A DNA stretch of 63,043 nt, the filler included, from Hyphochytrium catenoides (taxonomy: Eukaryota > Protista > Hyphochytriomycota): assembly GCA_900088475.1 (NCBI GenBank). It is 17 parts of 17 records of this genome, joined end to end, with 100 filler letters (N's around TTAATTAATTAA, not from the genome) between each part and the next. Parts side by side here need not be neighbours in the genome. Positions count along the whole stretch, not along the records: positions 59,173 to 63,043 come from FLMG01002547.1; 16 more parts are not named here. One strand, 5' to 3'. Within the stretch, counting starts at the first letter, position 1; every line of letters begins with the position of its first letter. Below the pieces are notes generated by a model. It was not told the origin of the DNA. It was given only the letters and a program-made list of their open reading frames with translations, and made no database searches. The translations under genes and the position numbers were made by a program. Of this stretch, positions 59,469-63,043 are shown piece after piece.

Positions 59469-62409
59469 TGCATCTATGGAGCCGATTCTCTCACGAAAGA
59501 AGGATTGTGCTATTCCCTCTACTTAGAGTTGAATAGTGCTTGGTGTTGTTAAGACTCAGGAGTTGAGTACTTCCGCTCAGGAATAGTAATTGGGGCCTTC
59601 CGCGTCCTTCTTCCTAGGAGGCGGAAGTGCCACGGAAGTGCCCGCTGTCAGTCTCAACGAAAAAGATGGTCGTCTGCCTGAGTGTGGAGGCATCTAGCCG
59701 TCAATCCTTTTTAACGTCCCCATGGACATCTCTAAGAGTCAGTTGTGCCTGCCCGGGGGTAGTCGTACTAGCCCGTTGGTGATCCTATAGAGAAAGAGGT
59801 GAGAAACTAGCGACTCTCATCTTCCATAATAGGCCGCCTGGTACCTGGCAAGCTTACTAAACTATTCCTGAGTGAGACGACCGACGTCGCGCCAAATGAT
59901 GGCCCCGCCCCGTCTGGTTTGCCACTAGCAAGAGCCGACAAGAGACAGAGTGGACAAGGCAAGGCTGCTCTCCAGGTTTTAGGTGTGGCCAAGGAGGGCG
60001 AACGGAGAAGATAGCATGATAAGGGCTAATGATGTTGGAGGACAGAGATTACGAAAGAGGGAAATTACGCGGAGATTTGTGCATGTCGACGGCAATATGC
60101 AGGTGCTTTCACAGCGCCAAAGGCTATTTTTGCTAGGGTCATAATTGATGGAGAATTCAGATGCTGATCATCACTATCCACCACCCGCCAGCATCAGCTA
60201 CTAAGCCATATCATTTATTTAGGAGTCGGTAGGGAACCGAGGCTGCAGAAGAACAGAGGAATAAGTAGTCTGACCACGAAGAAAACGACAACAAAGACTC
60301 ATCACCAGTAGCCAACCAATAACAAACCGCCAAATGCAAGTAGGGGAGACCAAAGGAAGGCAAAGAGAAGGACACAAGGACGACCACGGTCGTAGTTGCC
60401 CGAAGGAGAGATACCTCTATGAATAGGAGATAAAGAAGAAGGTTCCGCCATGATGCAACGAATGAACGGTAGTAGCTAGGAGGAGCGAGCAGCAGCAGAT
60501 AGTAGAAGCAACAGCCGGCGTCAGAAGAACACCAGGGTGAACAGCAGCACCAGCAGCAGCAGGCAGGAGCGGCCCTAACTAGTAAGTAATCCCTTCTCAT
60601 ATGTCTTCCCTCCCTCTTTACATCCATCCTACGTCTTTCTTGCCCAGCAGCACCGCGACGAAGGCCAGGCAGCAGCAGCAGGTAGCAATGCACTCATCAT
60701 CAACTCCATCACCACCAGCATCATGCTCTTGGGGAGGCGTAACGGCCCTCTTCTACTTGTTCCCTAATAATAAAACGGCTCACTAATAATAAGACGGCTC
60801 ACAGGATCGTTTTAACTCCGTCAACTCAACTGATTACTGTTAGGAAGCAGTGGTAGATAACCAGAAGGTTAGGCTTATCAGTAACCTGAATATGACATTG
60901 AGAATTGAGAACAGGGCATGTACGGTAGAAAGTGCTCATGAACAATCGGCTCCCTTATAATATTAGTCTCTTCATAGTCTTTTTCATTATTTTATATCTA
61001 AAGGATAGAAGTTCTACAGCGGAGATCTAGAGAAGAAGAGAAGGGCAATGTTCTTCTCAGAAAGAGGCCATCATAAGTTTGGCCCAGTGTGTCATCCAGA
61101 CTGAAGACGGAAACTGAAAATTCAGCGGGGTTTTGCCCTGCGACTACTACTATTTATGTCAGTTTGTCATCATTCGCTTGGCCTTACAAAGTGTTGTTGT
61201 CCTGCGAAAGAGAGGACGGGGTTGTAAGAAGAAGGAGGTCTGCTATCGTGAACAACGAGTCGTCAAAGTCTTCTCGCAGCAGCAGCAGACTACGAGAGAA
61301 GACGAGTCAGATGAGACTTGCCATAATAAAGGCAACGAAGAGGAGAAGATACAAACGATTCTCGACCACGACAGGAAGGAGGAGGCCTAAGAACTGCAAG
61401 ATTATAGTTGACAGCAAGCAGCTGCATTAGTGATCCTCGTCGAGTCTAATAAGTTGGAGCCCTCTCTTTCATAAGTAGTGCTCTTAAGGTTGCGCGGGGG
61501 AGGAGGGAGAGGATTAGCTTCTGTAAGGGAGCTTTCTAGAAGAAGAGAGTGGTGTGACTCTGAGGGCCTCGTCCTGAAGAAGTAGTCCTGGGCGTGGACT
61601 TTTCCTTGTAAAAGCTGTGTTTCAATGCAGAGCACAGACGGTCAGATTACTCTTCCAACAGAAGCCTTAGCTGGGAGAAGGTCGTGACTTGCTACTAGGC
61701 TCAGCATAAGACTGGTAAAGGCGCGATAATAAAAACGCACTCCATCCACCAACAACAACCTTTGGGTGCTGTTAAAAAATACAGCTCTTCCCTTTCTTCT
61801 TCATTGAAGCTAAGGAAAAGAGGTACGTATATCATTGGACTTCCACAAGAAGGAAGTGTAATAGTCTCAGGGCCGCTGGTCAACAAGAGATGATAGTCTA
61901 CGGGCATCTTTCACTCTCTAGGTAAGAAGAAGAAGAGACGGAGGTGAAAAGGCGCAGGCCCTCAATCATCAGATGTCATCAATGGACTTTATTAGGTGTA
62001 GGACTCCTAGGCTGCTCCCTCCAGAAGCGTTGACAATGGATAGAGGCACAACTCCCATCCATCGCAGCAGCACATAGAGAGTTATGTCGCTTGTGCACAT
62101 GCTGGCATCAAGGCATCAAGGTTTTCTCATAGAACGTGGAATGAAGGGCAAAATCTATGGGGAAGGAAGGCTGCTGGTGTGTTGTTGCGGGCATGAATGA
62201 CGTCAGTTGCGCGGGGCGGTACCGGAAATGTCAATTACCCGTCAATCAATCCTTTATTTACTTTCAATGAAAGAAGACTGTCAACTTGAGGTGTTCTCTT
62301 AGAGATTTACACGGAAAGTGTCGTGCAGCTGACATTGAATTTGACGATAGTTTGACAGGTTGGCGTGGTGGCGGGTTGGGTGATGTGAGGATCAGATGGG
62401 GTTGTGGGC

Positions 62410-62790
62410 AGTTAGAGGCACACACAGGCAAATGATCAGAAGCGGCACGATGATGACTGGACACTTTCTGGTACACTTCCTCCGGCTGCTGTGTCTTCAA
62501 GGAGATAGATAGCCCGTGTGTCGTTCACTAGCAGCAGCCGCCACTTGCGTGACGCAAGCAGTAACACCTTGTCCTTCTCCCGCATCTGGGTTGCTGCTAT
62601 CGCGCGGTACAGCCAAGACGACCAAACCGAAGCGAAGCGCGGTGGTACCAATGTAGCACAACCAGTCTCGGAAACACTCAAGTCCATCGTTGTCGGACTG
62701 GTTGTTAGTGGTCTAGTTTTATAAAAGTGGGCGGCAAACAAGCGTCCCTTAAGCTGCCAGAGCAAACAGTCCAAGCTGGTATAATGACGG
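62410..62790 (-). pseudogene. Possible eroded apurinic-endonuclease (LINE ORF2-like) remnant
   Basis: ASDHLPV C-terminal motif preceded in order by weak matches DLSVSET, GCATLV, LLLVND; frameshifted and too short. Confidence 0.25.
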
Positions 62791-63043
62791 TACGCGCTTC
62801 ACCTACTAGTTGCAATGGCATCTGTGCGACTCTTAACTCGAGACAACTGTCCTTCAATAACAGACGAGAGACGTGGTGGATGCTACCAACGAGACTCATG
62901 AGAGCTTTCGCTTGCAATATGGTGAAGCGCCGATGCTGGTACTGCCTCTATCACTGTTCCTTTTAGAGCTGTTTGATGCGCTTACGTCACCTCTTCTATG
63001 ACAAGAACCACACACAGCAACAGTTCCAGATCGAGCTATCATC

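Noticed and set aside
1-63043. Alternative genetic code
   Set aside because: The recognisable intact genes read through with the standard code, and those with visible ends stop at TAA, TAG or TGA

Overview
This is eukaryotic nuclear DNA, not one continuous locus. About 17 short contigs are joined by artificial 100-nt linkers (N44-TTAATTAATTAA-N44, stops in all six frames), so adjacency across linkers means nothing. Genes have short GT-AG introns (mostly ~55-160 nt) and many contigs are rich in (GA/CT)n tracts. Gene content (FadE-type mitochondrial acyl-CoA dehydrogenase, heme-type CBS, ADP-glucokinase, 7TM-RGS, four-domain voltage-gated channel) fits a protist, most plausibly a stramenopile (inference). 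Recognisable genes: TLC-domain protein, sugar-porter MFS transporter, PH-TBC RabGAP, two RGS proteins (one 7TM-RGS), AGC kinase, CBS, TMEM198/DUF4203-like protein, WW-domain protein, GINS Psf2, Cav/Nav-like channel, ADPGK and an acyl-CoA dehydrogenase. Mobile elements: a frameshifted PIF/Harbinger transposon and a Ty3/Gypsy pol fragment. The most unusual signals are mostly non-coding: (1) a ~640-nt fold-back with ~300-nt diverged arms behind a CCAAT/GC-box/TATA-like promoter, a candidate hairpin-RNA/miRNA locus; (2) a tRNA-like gene with perfect acceptor and T arms but an enlarged D-loop and 8-nt anticodon loop, set in a chain of stem-loops; (3) intergenic regions packed with nested hairpins; (4) TpA-rich, RIP-like patches in an apparently non-fungal genome; (5) an atypical S/D/E channel selectivity filter; (6) a possible 17-nt intron.
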